From positions 1 through 50,119 of IMG/VR virus record IMGVR_UViG_3300020202_000015: DNA of 50,119 bases; one strand, written 5' to 3'. The stretch comes from a virus (lineage: Duplodnaviria > Caudoviricetes). Of this stretch, positions 16,752 to 25,622 are shown piece after piece (the first letter of the stretch is position 1; each line of letters opens with the position of its first letter). The notes below the pieces were generated by a model. The model made no database searches. It worked only from the letters and a program-made list of their open reading frames with translations, and was not told the origin of the DNA. The translations under genes were made by a program, and so were the position numbers.

Positions 16752-17663
16752 ATGAGCGGTGTTATCTCAACTTCCAATCATCCGAAGGCCCTCTGGCCCG
16801 GAGTCGCAGCCTGGTTCGGCGCGAAGTACGCAGAGCATCCCGTCGAGTACACGCAGATCTTCGACGTCAAGACTTCTACGAAGGCTTACGAGGAGATGGT
16901 GCAGACCTACGGGTTCGGTCTTGCTCCGGTCAAGTCGCAGGGCGGCGGCTACTCCTACGACAGCCACTCGCAGGGCTTCACGGCGCGCTTCTCGCACGTC
17001 GCGTACGGCCTCGGGTATATCGTGACGCGCGAGGAGTTGGCGGACAATCAGTACGTCGAAGTGTCGATGACGCGGGCGGAGAGTCTTGCGTTCTCGATGG
17101 CGCAGACGCGCGAGAACGTCGGCGCGAATGTGCTGAATCGCGGCTTCAACAGCTCCTACACTGGCGGTGACAGCAAGGAACTCTTCGCGACGGATCACCC
17201 TCTCGCACTGGGCGGGACGTGGTCGAACGAGCTCAATCCTTCGGCGGACTTCTCTGAAGCCGCGCTCGAGGATCTGGCGATTCAGATCATGAACGCGACG
17301 AATCCGCGCGGTCTTCGGATCTCGCTGCTGCCGAAGCGGCTGATCATGCCGACCTCGCTCGTGTTCGAGGCGGAGCGAGTCCTGAAGTCTCAGCTCCAGA
17401 ACGACTCCGCCAACAACGCGATCAACGCGCTCAAGGCCAAGGGCATCATCCCAGAGGTCGCGGTCAATCACTATCTCACCGATACGGATGCGTTCTACAT
17501 CAAGACGAACGCGCCGCAGGGTCTGACGTGGTTCGATCGTGAGGCGGTCGAGTTCCGGCAGGACGTCGATGGCGACACCGACAATGCCAAGAGCAAGGCG
17601 TACATGCGCTTTGTCGCTGGCTGGGGTGATCCGCGCGGTGCCTTCGCCTCTCAAGGGGCGTAA
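16752..17663 (+). CDS. major capsid protein (HK97 fold)
   Basis: 303 aa, strong AAGGAG RBS, PKALWPG, FGLAPVK..G, HYLTDTDA, DPRG..AS.GA, followed by a terminator. Confidence 0.9.
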   Translation: MSGVISTSNHPKALWPGVAAWFGAKYAEHPVEYTQIFDVKTSTKAYEEMVQTYGFGLAPVKSQGGGYSYDSHSQGFTARFSHVAYGLGYIVTREELADNQYVEVSMTRAESLAFSMAQTRENVGANVLNRGFNSSYTGGDSKELFATDHPLALGGTWSNELNPSADFSEAALEDLAIQIMNATNPRGLRISLLPKRLIMPTSLVFEAERVLKSQLQNDSANNAINALKAKGIIPEVAVNHYLTDTDAFYIKTNAPQGLTWFDREAVEFRQDVDGDTDNAKSKAYMRFVAGWGDPRGAFASQGA

Positions 17664-17667
17664 CCGA

Positions 17668-17692
17668 GAGGGGCCTTCGGGCCCCTCCTTTT
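17668..17692 (+). terminator. intrinsic terminator
   Basis: GAGGGGCC-ttcg-GGCCCCTC-CTTTT. Confidence 0.8.
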
Positions 17693-17742
17693 CCGAACTG
17701 TGAGTTTTCTTATGTGACCCGATCGGGTTCACAGGAGGATCA

Positions 17743-18678
17743 ATGTCTATCTCGAGTTTCCCCCGCGGATTCGCCGGGGGTGTGTCGATTCGCAATCTCG
17801 CTCTGTATGAGACGTTCGGCGGCAACGTCTTCTGGGTAAATTCGGCGCGCGGCTCGGACAGCAACAAGGGCACGCGCGACAGACCTTTCGCGACGCTCGA
17901 CTACGCGATTGGCCGCTGTACGGCCAACAACGGCGACGTGATTTTCGTTGCCCCGAATCATGCAGAGACGATCACGGGTGCCGGCGGCATCACTGCCGAT
18001 GTCGCAGGCATCACCATCATCGGTCTGGGTACGTACAACCAGCGTCCGCGATTCCTGATGGACGGCGCGGCAACGGTGACGTTTGTCGTGTCGGCCGACG
18101 ATGTGACCGTACAGAACTGCGTGTTCGCGTCCGGCCATGCCGACGTGGTCCGCTGTTTCAACATCACGGCGAAGGGCTGCACGCTCATCGATGTCGAGTT
18201 CGCCGATCACACGACGGACGAGAATTGGCTCACGCCGGTCGATGCATCAAGCACCACGGACAACAATGCGGACGGGCTCAAAGTCATCGGCTGTCGCTGG
18301 GTGTCGCCGGATGCCGGCTGCTTGAACATGATCGAGCTCAATGCCGACGTGGCCGATCTGGTTGCGGTTGACAACTTCGTGTGCGTGGAGGGCGGCACAA
18401 ACTCCGCCTTCCTGAAGTGTGCGACGGGCAAGGATGTGACCACGTGCTTCATTGCCTGGAACTTCATCGTCAACGGCATGACCGCGAACGATCTGTTCAT
18501 CGATAACGACACGACAGCCAACACGGGCATAGTGGCGCACAACCGTGCCGGTCATCACGACGTGACGGGCGCGCACTCGCTGATCGACTGCGACGGTGTG
18601 CGGCTGTTCGACAACCTCTCGAATTCCACGGATACGACCTCCGGCTTCGTCCTGCCGGCGATCGACGTGGATCTGTGA
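17743..18678 (+). CDS. right-handed beta-helix protein, putative head spike
   Basis: VFWVNS..GSD.N.GT.DRPFATL.YAI...GDVIFVAP motif followed by Asn-rich beta-helix-like repeats. Confidence 0.65.
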   Translation: MSISSFPRGFAGGVSIRNLALYETFGGNVFWVNSARGSDSNKGTRDRPFATLDYAIGRCTANNGDVIFVAPNHAETITGAGGITADVAGITIIGLGTYNQRPRFLMDGAATVTFVVSADDVTVQNCVFASGHADVVRCFNITAKGCTLIDVEFADHTTDENWLTPVDASSTTDNNADGLKVIGCRWVSPDAGCLNMIELNADVADLVAVDNFVCVEGGTNSAFLKCATGKDVTTCFIAWNFIVNGMTANDLFIDNDTTANTGIVAHNRAGHHDVTGAHSLIDCDGVRLFDNLSNSTDTTSGFVLPAIDVDL

Positions 18679-19136
18679 TGCTTGCGGAGCACGAAGTCTA
18701 TCGCCGTATCAAGGCGGTGGATATTGGCCCCGTGCTCCGCGTCATCGACAAGCTCGAGTTTGCGGACTCTGGTGGAGTATGCGCGTGGGTCACGAAGCAA
18801 GGCTCCGCCGCTCCACCGGAGCTCGTTACGCTCATTCGATCTCTGCAACTCGGTGGCACGGTCAAGCGGTGCTTTTGCCGCAAGCTGATGCCTCGTCAGT
18901 GCATACCACCACACGTCGATGAATGGATGCCGCAGGAACTCAACTGGCGGCGGTTCCAAGTGCCTCTCGTGAGTCACCCGGACATCGTTATGCGATGGCC
19001 CGATGACGGCGTGGAGGTCCATCTTGAGCCTGGATATCTGTACGAGGTGCGCTTCGATCGCATGCACGAGGTCGTGCACAAGGCGGACTGCGAGCGCATC
19101 CATCTACAGATCGATCAAGTCGACGCAACGATTTAG
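18675..19136 (+). CDS. Asp/Asn beta-hydroxylase-like 2OG-Fe(II) oxygenase
   Basis: IPPHVD (HxD), RRFQVPL, HEVVH, RIHLQID. Confidence 0.85.
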   Translation: MMLAEHEVYRRIKAVDIGPVLRVIDKLEFADSGGVCAWVTKQGSAAPPELVTLIRSLQLGGTVKRCFCRKLMPRQCIPPHVDEWMPQELNWRRFQVPLVSHPDIVMRWPDDGVEVHLEPGYLYEVRFDRMHEVVHKADCERIHLQIDQVDATI

Positions 19137-19145
19137 GAGCCGTTC

Positions 19146-19538
19146 GTGGCAGACGCTGTTGATTCACTCGTCGTATTCGCGGGTCGCCGTCGCCGCGTCG
19201 TACGACTGACAAATCTCTCTGACGGCACCGGCGAGACTGCCGTCGTCAAGGTCGACAAGTCGACGCTCACTGGCCCGGACGGCACGGAACCCTCCAAGCT
19301 CGTCGTCGAGAAGATCCAATACTCGTGCGTCGGCATGTCCGTGCGACTGCTTTGGGACCACGACACGGACGATGAGATCGTGACCCTTGCGGGAGAGGGT
19401 ACGTTCGACTGGACCGACTGCGGTGGATTGGTCGATCCGGCTTCTGCCGGCGGACCCGGGGACATCCTCCTCACGACCAACGGCCATACCGCTGGCGATA
19501 GCTACGACATCACCCTGCATATGCGGCTGAAAGACTAA
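19146..19538 (+). CDS. virion structural protein
   Basis: AGGAG RBS, beta-rich, within the head-tail operon. Confidence 0.7.
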   Translation: MADAVDSLVVFAGRRRRVVRLTNLSDGTGETAVVKVDKSTLTGPDGTEPSKLVVEKIQYSCVGMSVRLLWDHDTDDEIVTLAGEGTFDWTDCGGLVDPASAGGPGDILLTTNGHTAGDSYDITLHMRLKD

Positions 19539-20461
19539 TGGCCGTTTCCGGCTCGAAGAACTTCACGATCACACGGACGGACATCATCGGCGCTGCCTTG
19601 CGAAAGGTGGGGGCGTTTGATTCTGGTGACGCGATCGATGCGAGCGATTCTGAGGACGCGGCGCTTGCCTTGAATCTGATGATCAAGGAATGGTCAGCCA
19701 GAGGGATCGACGTTCCCTGGAGAGAGACGGTCACACTGTTCCTGCAACCCGATACGCAGTCTTACACCATCGGGCCGAGCGGAGATCACGCCACGTCGTC
19801 ATATCGGGAAACGACGTTGTCGGCGGCAGCGGCATCGGGTGCGACCACTCTGACTCTCACATCGACCAGCGGCCTTACGGCAGCCGATTACATCGGCATC
19901 AAGCTTGATAGCGGCTCGATCCACTGGACGACGATCGTGAATGCTTCGACAACCAGCATCACCTCGGGGCTGGCCTCGGCGGCATCGTCTGGGAATGCTG
20001 TGTACTCGTACACCACGAAAGCGAACCGGCCGCAGAAAGTTGTTTTCGCTCATCGGCGTGACTCTGATAGCCACGACACGGAGGTTACCATCATCGGAGA
20101 GGTCGCATATCGATCCCTCTCTACGAAGGGTGCCGATGGTCCTGTGAACCAGTGCTACTACCAGCCGACCTTGACCAACGGCACGCTGTTCGTGTGGCCG
20201 GCCAATGCGAATGGAGTCGACAAGCTCATCCTCATCTGCCAGCCGCTGGTCGATGATTTCGACGCGGCGTCCAACAATCCGCAATTTCCCATCGAGTGGG
20301 GCAACGCGATTGTTTGGAACCTCGCCGTTGAACTCGCGCCGGAATATGGGTTGTCGGTGCGAGAGCGCATTGCGCTGAAAGCAGAGGCCAGGGAGAAGCT
20401 CGAAACAGTTCTCGACTACGACGTTGAGAATGCCTCGGTGGTGTTCGGCCGCGAGCAATGA
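19538..20461 (+). CDS. head-tail adaptor (P22 gp4-like) with inserted beta domain
   Basis: II..ALRK.G...LN.MIKEW, FP.EW...IVWNLA.ELAPEYG. Confidence 0.75.
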   Translation: MAVSGSKNFTITRTDIIGAALRKVGAFDSGDAIDASDSEDAALALNLMIKEWSARGIDVPWRETVTLFLQPDTQSYTIGPSGDHATSSYRETTLSAAAASGATTLTLTSTSGLTAADYIGIKLDSGSIHWTTIVNASTTSITSGLASAASSGNAVYSYTTKANRPQKVVFAHRRDSDSHDTEVTIIGEVAYRSLSTKGADGPVNQCYYQPTLTNGTLFVWPANANGVDKLILICQPLVDDFDAASNNPQFPIEWGNAIVWNLAVELAPEYGLSVRERIALKAEAREKLETVLDYDVENASVVFGREQ

Positions 20462-21870
20462 AGATTCCGTTCATCGGCGGGGCGTATGCGGGTCGATCCT
20501 CCAACGTCAACGCCGAGCGCTGCCTCAACTTCTACCTTGAGATGGGACCGCAGCCCGTTCTCGTCGGAACTCCTGGGCTCACTCTTCAGCTGACACTCGA
20601 TCAGGGTCCGATACGCGGGATGATCGCGTTCGATGATTTGATCATCGTCGTCGCTGGCGCGACCGTCTACAAGATAGATTCGCTGCATAACGAGACCAGC
20701 CTTGGGACGATCAGCACGACGAGCGGCCGCGTCTCAATGGCGAATAACGGCTCGCACGTTCTGATTGTGGACGGCTCTACGAAGGGCTTCTACACGAACG
20801 GGCAGGCGCTTACACAAATCTCTGATGGAGATTTCATTGGCGGTGTGACCGCAGCGTACCAGGATGGCTACCTGATGGTCACGGAGCCGAATTCTGGTCG
20901 TTTCCGGATTTCGGATCTCAATTCGGCGAGCAACTGGATCTCGACCGACTTTGCGACAGCAGAGGGTGCTCCCGACAAACTCAGGGCCGTCATCTCCAGC
21001 GCACGAGAGGTGTGGCTGTTAGGTGAGAAGACCACAGAGGTCTGGTGGAACTCTGGAAACAGCGATTTCCCATTCGAGAGGATCCAGGCGGGGTTCATCA
21101 ACCGCGGCATCATTTCGAGTTACGCGGTATCGATTCTCGACAACTCTCTTGCATGGATTTCAGCCGATGACCGTGGCCATCCAATGGCCGTCCAGGTCGT
21201 TGATGGCTATCAGCCGCAAGTCATTTCACCGGCGAACATCAACTGGCAGTGGGCACAGTACGAGACGGTCTCGGATGCCTTTACGTATACATACCAGATC
21301 GAGGGCCACGAGTTCTGGGTCGTCACATTTCCCACCGCAAACAGGACGTGGGTCTATGACGCGACCACGAAGCAATGGCATCAGTGGTCGTCGAATCTCT
21401 CGAACGAACCACTGAGCCGACACCGATCGAACTGTCACGTCTACTGCTTCGGCCGACATTACATTGGCGATTACGCAAGCGGGAAGATCTACTCGCTCGA
21501 GTCTGAGGTCTACACCGAGGATGGCTCTGCGATCATTCGCGACCGCATCAGTCAGCATGCCAGCGCGGATGAAGAGCGCATCAGCGTCTCGCAAGTGCAG
21601 GTGTGTTTCGAGGAAGGTGTCGGACTGATCTCGGGCCAAGGCTCGAATCCCCAAGCAATGCTTCGCTGGTCGAAGGACGCAGGACACACCTGGAGCAACG
21701 AGCAGTGGCGAACGGTAGGCGCGATCGGCGAATACGGGACGCGTGCTGTGTGGCGCAAGCTTGGAGTCGCCCGAAACTGGACCTTCTGGCTTCGCGTGTC
21801 TGATCCCGTGAAGTGGATCGTGACCGATGCAGTGGCGAAACTGCGCGAGAAGGATCGGGAGGCGGCCTAA
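20458..21870 (+). CDS. tail nozzle / DNA stabilisation protein (P22 gp10-like)
   Basis: GTPGL, DGY......, FATAEGAPD, GEKTTEVW.NSG, RWSKD.GHTWS, GEY.TR..WRKLG. Confidence 0.85.
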   Translation: MKIPFIGGAYAGRSSNVNAERCLNFYLEMGPQPVLVGTPGLTLQLTLDQGPIRGMIAFDDLIIVVAGATVYKIDSLHNETSLGTISTTSGRVSMANNGSHVLIVDGSTKGFYTNGQALTQISDGDFIGGVTAAYQDGYLMVTEPNSGRFRISDLNSASNWISTDFATAEGAPDKLRAVISSAREVWLLGEKTTEVWWNSGNSDFPFERIQAGFINRGIISSYAVSILDNSLAWISADDRGHPMAVQVVDGYQPQVISPANINWQWAQYETVSDAFTYTYQIEGHEFWVVTFPTANRTWVYDATTKQWHQWSSNLSNEPLSRHRSNCHVYCFGRHYIGDYASGKIYSLESEVYTEDGSAIIRDRISQHASADEERISVSQVQVCFEEGVGLISGQGSNPQAMLRWSKDAGHTWSNEQWRTVGAIGEYGTRAVWRKLGVARNWTFWLRVSDPVKWIVTDAVAKLREKDREAA

Positions 21871-22541
21871 TGGCGATTCGCAGGGCCTTCCGAAGCATGC
21901 CGAAGAATCCGGCGGAGCTGGACCGGCTATTTCGCGATGTCGACGTCGATGTCGGGGACATTTCCCTGGATCAGATCCAGGACATCACGTCGGACCGGTT
22001 GATAGGCAGAGACACAGCTTCCGCCGGAAGCCCGGAACTGTTGACCGTCTCTGGCGGTCTTGAGTTCACCGGCTCGGGTGGCATTCAGCGCTCGGCGCTG
22101 ACGGGTGACGTAACCGCTTCCGCTGGATCCAATGCAACCACCATCCCGGCGAACACCGTCACGTACGCCAAGATTCAGGACGTCTCAGCGACCGACAGGA
22201 TTCTCGGCCGCTCCTCCTCTGGAGCCGGTGATATCGAGGAGATCGTCTGCACCGGAGCAGGCAGGGCGCTGATCGATGATGCGAGTGCAAGCGATCAGCG
22301 CACGACGCTTGGCCTGGGCACGGCGGCGACACAGAACACTGGCACGAGCGGAGCAACGGTGCCGCTGCTGAATGGGACGAACGTTCACGCCTCCGGTCAG
22401 TTCACCGCGTTCGGGGTTGGAACGACTGCGACACAGCAGGCTGCGAATCCCGACACCTCAGGCGCGACACTCGGCCAGCTAGAAACCGAGGTGAATCAGA
22501 TCAAGGCGGTTCTTCGGGCCTTTGGGTTGATCGCGACATGA
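21870..22541 (+). CDS. tail needle/short fibre protein
   Basis: Follows the nozzle; LTGDVTA.AGSNATTI, R.TLGLGTAAT, ends in LRAFGLIA. Confidence 0.6.
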   Translation: MAIRRAFRSMPKNPAELDRLFRDVDVDVGDISLDQIQDITSDRLIGRDTASAGSPELLTVSGGLEFTGSGGIQRSALTGDVTASAGSNATTIPANTVTYAKIQDVSATDRILGRSSSGAGDIEEIVCTGAGRALIDDASASDQRTTLGLGTAATQNTGTSGATVPLLNGTNVHASGQFTAFGVGTTATQQAANPDTSGATLGQLETEVNQIKAVLRAFGLIAT

Positions 22542-23107
22542 TCCCGCACAGCATCGTCATAGACGACTTCTTGCCTGATTTCCCCGGCTGGAGGGCATGG
22601 GCCGATGAGTTGCGATATGCGCCTGTAAAGAACCCCGTAGATGGCGTTGAGTACCCGGGTATCTATACGACTGTGCCGACCTTCGGCATGCGGCAGCGCT
22701 TGTCCATGATCATGGATGCAGAGATTCGTCTCAATGCGCTTTTTCTGAGGCTTTCGCTGGAGGGCCGGCAGGCTCCGCACTACGCGCACACGGACAAGAT
22801 CATGGGCCAGTTCTCGTGCATGGTGTACCTGAATCGACCGGAACACTGCCAGGGCGGGACTGCACTGGTCCGGCATCGCACCGGCATGGATTCACACCCG
22901 AGAGACGAGCATGAAGTGAGCGTTTGGCAGCGAGACACCAACCGTCCCGAAATGTGGGACGTGTACTCGCGGTGTGAGATGAGAGCGAATCGTGCGTTCA
23001 TCTTCCGCGCGGACCTGATGCATGCAGCGCTTCCCTTGGGTGGGTTTGGCCATGACGCGAAAGATGGACGCCTCGTCATGACGGCATTCTTCGACCTATG
23101 CAGATAG
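22538..23107 (+). CDS. 2OG-Fe(II) oxygenase (DUF6445-like)
   Basis: IVIDDFL, YPG, AHTD (HxD), VYLN...GGT, NR..IF....MH, GRL. Confidence 0.8.
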   Translation: MIPHSIVIDDFLPDFPGWRAWADELRYAPVKNPVDGVEYPGIYTTVPTFGMRQRLSMIMDAEIRLNALFLRLSLEGRQAPHYAHTDKIMGQFSCMVYLNRPEHCQGGTALVRHRTGMDSHPRDEHEVSVWQRDTNRPEMWDVYSRCEMRANRAFIFRADLMHAALPLGGFGHDAKDGRLVMTAFFDLCR

Positions 23108-23547
23108 TTCGACCGGCAACGGAAGCCGACATTCCAGAGATGATTCGCATGGGGCGACTCTTCTGGAGTCAGACGCCATACCGAGACGTTCCCTACTGCC
23201 CCGATTCCGTCGCCTTTACGGCACGGCAAATGATGGGGCTCGGGATGTTGTTGTTCGCGGAAGTCGACGGCAAACCCGCTGGATCCGTCGGCGCGATGGC
23301 ATGCCCGCTCTATGCCAACCGAGATGTCCTAGTCGCGAGCGAGCTCTGGTTCTGGGTGGAGCCCGAGTTCCGCAATTGTGGGATCGGCAAGGTCATGTTC
23401 ACCGAGATCGAGCGCGTCGCGAAGAGTGCCGGAGTCGGCTGGTTTTCGATGATGGCGTTTGAAGATATCGAGATAGACAAGGCAGCTGCAATCTATAGGA
23501 AGGCTGGATACTCACCAACCGAGCGGACTTTTGGCAAGGCTCTATAG
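23098..23547 (+). CDS. GNAT-family acetyltransferase-like virion assembly protein
   Basis: VRPAT.AD, WVEPEFRNCGIG, IYRKAGY; slot preceding ejection proteins. Confidence 0.85.
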   Translation: MQIVRPATEADIPEMIRMGRLFWSQTPYRDVPYCPDSVAFTARQMMGLGMLLFAEVDGKPAGSVGAMACPLYANRDVLVASELWFWVEPEFRNCGIGKVMFTEIERVAKSAGVGWFSMMAFEDIEIDKAAAIYRKAGYSPTERTFGKAL

Positions 23548-24468
23548 ATGGCTGCGACCACGGCTCTAGTTGCAACGGCGATCGGCACGACAGCGTACTC
23601 CGCGCGGCAATCTCGAAACGCGACGCGCGCGCAGACTCGTGCATCAGGCCAAGCCGTAGACGCCATGGCAGAAGCCGAGGCGCGTGCGCTTGAGATGCAG
23701 CGGCCTAGCTATGAGGCCGGCTACGCCGCGACGGCCGCGATGATGGATATGACGGGCCTTGATCGCTCTGGGATGGGCTCTGCGGCTCGACGTGCAGATG
23801 CAGAGGAGCGCGGCTTACTCGTTGGAGACACACTGCTGCCGGAAGGCACGACCACAAAATCGGTGGGTGATGGTTGGTACGAAGTCTGGTACGACGAAAA
23901 ACGCATCGGCACGCTGCGTCCTGGCGGCCCGAACGGAATCTTTGAGAACGATACCGGTTTTGACGTTGAGGGGGCATTTGCCGCCCAGTCGAATGCGAAT
24001 TCCACCGTACCGGGAGACCTGTCGTCGTATCCGAAATACGACTGGAAGCAGGACCCTGGCTATCAGTTCCGGCTCGACGAAGGAATGCGAGCGCTCGAGA
24101 GAGGCGCTGCTGCTCGCGGGATTCTTCAGTCCGGTGGCACGATTCGCAGTGCAACTCGGTACGCGCAGGACTATGCCTCAAACGAGTACCAGCGCGTGTT
24201 CGATCGAATCGCAACGATCGCCGGGCGCGGCCAGAACGCCGCGAACGCTGGCTCTGACGTGATCGTGAACACCGGCTCGAACATCGGGCGTGCGCTGGTG
24301 AACGCAGGCGAGGCTCGTGCATCGGGTTACGTTGCGCAGGGCAATGCATGGGCCAACCTCGGCGGACAGATGGCACTCGCTTACGGGTCCGGGATGTTCG
24401 GCAAGACAGGCGGCAGTAATCTCATGGGCTGGAATTACCAGCCGAACGGGGCAATAGGGTACGCGTGA
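23548..24468 (+). CDS. DNA ejection protein (P22 gp7-like)
   Basis: Ala/Gly-rich, DPGYQFRL.EG..A.ER.AAARG...SG. Confidence 0.8.
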   Translation: MAATTALVATAIGTTAYSARQSRNATRAQTRASGQAVDAMAEAEARALEMQRPSYEAGYAATAAMMDMTGLDRSGMGSAARRADAEERGLLVGDTLLPEGTTTKSVGDGWYEVWYDEKRIGTLRPGGPNGIFENDTGFDVEGAFAAQSNANSTVPGDLSSYPKYDWKQDPGYQFRLDEGMRALERGAAARGILQSGGTIRSATRYAQDYASNEYQRVFDRIATIAGRGQNAANAGSDVIVNTGSNIGRALVNAGEARASGYVAQGNAWANLGGQMALAYGSGMFGKTGGSNLMGWNYQPNGAIGYA

Positions 24469-25622
24469 TGGCCTACGACGTTGCTGGGAACCAGATCCTC
24501 GCTCAGCCGGTTTCGGCCTTTCTACAGGGCCGCGCTATTCGGCAGGCTGAGGAGCAGAACGAACGCAAGACTCGCGCTCTCGTGGCGGCCGAAGCTCGCG
24601 AAGATGAAGCTTTCGAGATGCAGAAGCAGGACCGACAAGCCAAATATGATCAGATCAATGGACAGAAGGCGCTCGCCGGCGCTGAGCAAGTGCTCGCCGT
24701 CCCGAAGGGGCAGCGCAAGGCGTTTGTCGAGAAGAACTTTGCTGAGGTCATCTCGGGCCTTGAGAAGCAAGGCTACGGCACGTGGGATGAGATCGACGAG
24801 GATGAGCTCGAAGAGCTGGCCACCGGTATCAGGGCCCGCGCGATGCGGGACCTGGGAATGTCGCCGGCCAGGCCAGAGGAGTACACCCTCGGCAAGGGTG
24901 AAAAGCGCCTGCGCGGCGACAAGGTGATTGCCGAGAACATTACGCCCGAAGATGATGAATGGACTAAGCCAGAGCCTGCGATGATCGGCGGTAAACAGGT
25001 GATGGCTCAGTACAACAATGCGAAAGGAACGTTTCGCGTCGTTGAGGGCGTATCTCCAATTTCTGGCAAGGACGGTGATGGAGATAAGAGCTTCAACCGC
25101 GCCAACATTCTGCGAGACGAGTACAACGCGCAGGCGAAGGACTTCGTGTCTGTGGAGGCATCCTACAGCACGATCAAGGCGCTCGGAGAGAAGCCGTCGG
25201 CAGCCGGTGATATCGGGCTGCTAACTTCCTATATGCGCATGGTTGACCCTGGCTCAACGGTCCGCGAGGGCGAATTTGCAACAGCCGAGAATGCTGGAGG
25301 CGTGCCAGACAGAGTGCGCTCCAGGTACAACAACCTCTTGCGCGGTGAACGCCTGTCCGATGATCAGCGCAAGGACTTCATTAGCCAAGCGGAGAACATG
25401 TATCAGGCTCGCAGAAATGAGCACGCCAAACTGCGAACGAGGTACAAGGATCTTGCGACTCGCTCAAACGTGGATCCTCTGGATGTGATCGGGGGCGAGG
25501 AAGAGCCGGAAGCGCAACTCAAACCCGTTGAACCAGCGCGTCCGGCCACGCCAGAAGAGGCGATGAAGCTCCCGCCCGGTACGTTATTCTTCACGCCCGA
25601 CGGGCGGCTCAAGGTGCGCTGA
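24465..25622 (+). CDS. DNA ejection protein
   Basis: Helical, second of three internal virion genes; AGD..L...YM.M.DPGS.VREGEFA. Confidence 0.7.
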   Translation: MMAYDVAGNQILAQPVSAFLQGRAIRQAEEQNERKTRALVAAEAREDEAFEMQKQDRQAKYDQINGQKALAGAEQVLAVPKGQRKAFVEKNFAEVISGLEKQGYGTWDEIDEDELEELATGIRARAMRDLGMSPARPEEYTLGKGEKRLRGDKVIAENITPEDDEWTKPEPAMIGGKQVMAQYNNAKGTFRVVEGVSPISGKDGDGDKSFNRANILRDEYNAQAKDFVSVEASYSTIKALGEKPSAAGDIGLLTSYMRMVDPGSTVREGEFATAENAGGVPDRVRSRYNNLLRGERLSDDQRKDFISQAENMYQARRNEHAKLRTRYKDLATRSNVDPLDVIGGEEEPEAQLKPVEPARPATPEEAMKLPPGTLFFTPDGRLKVR

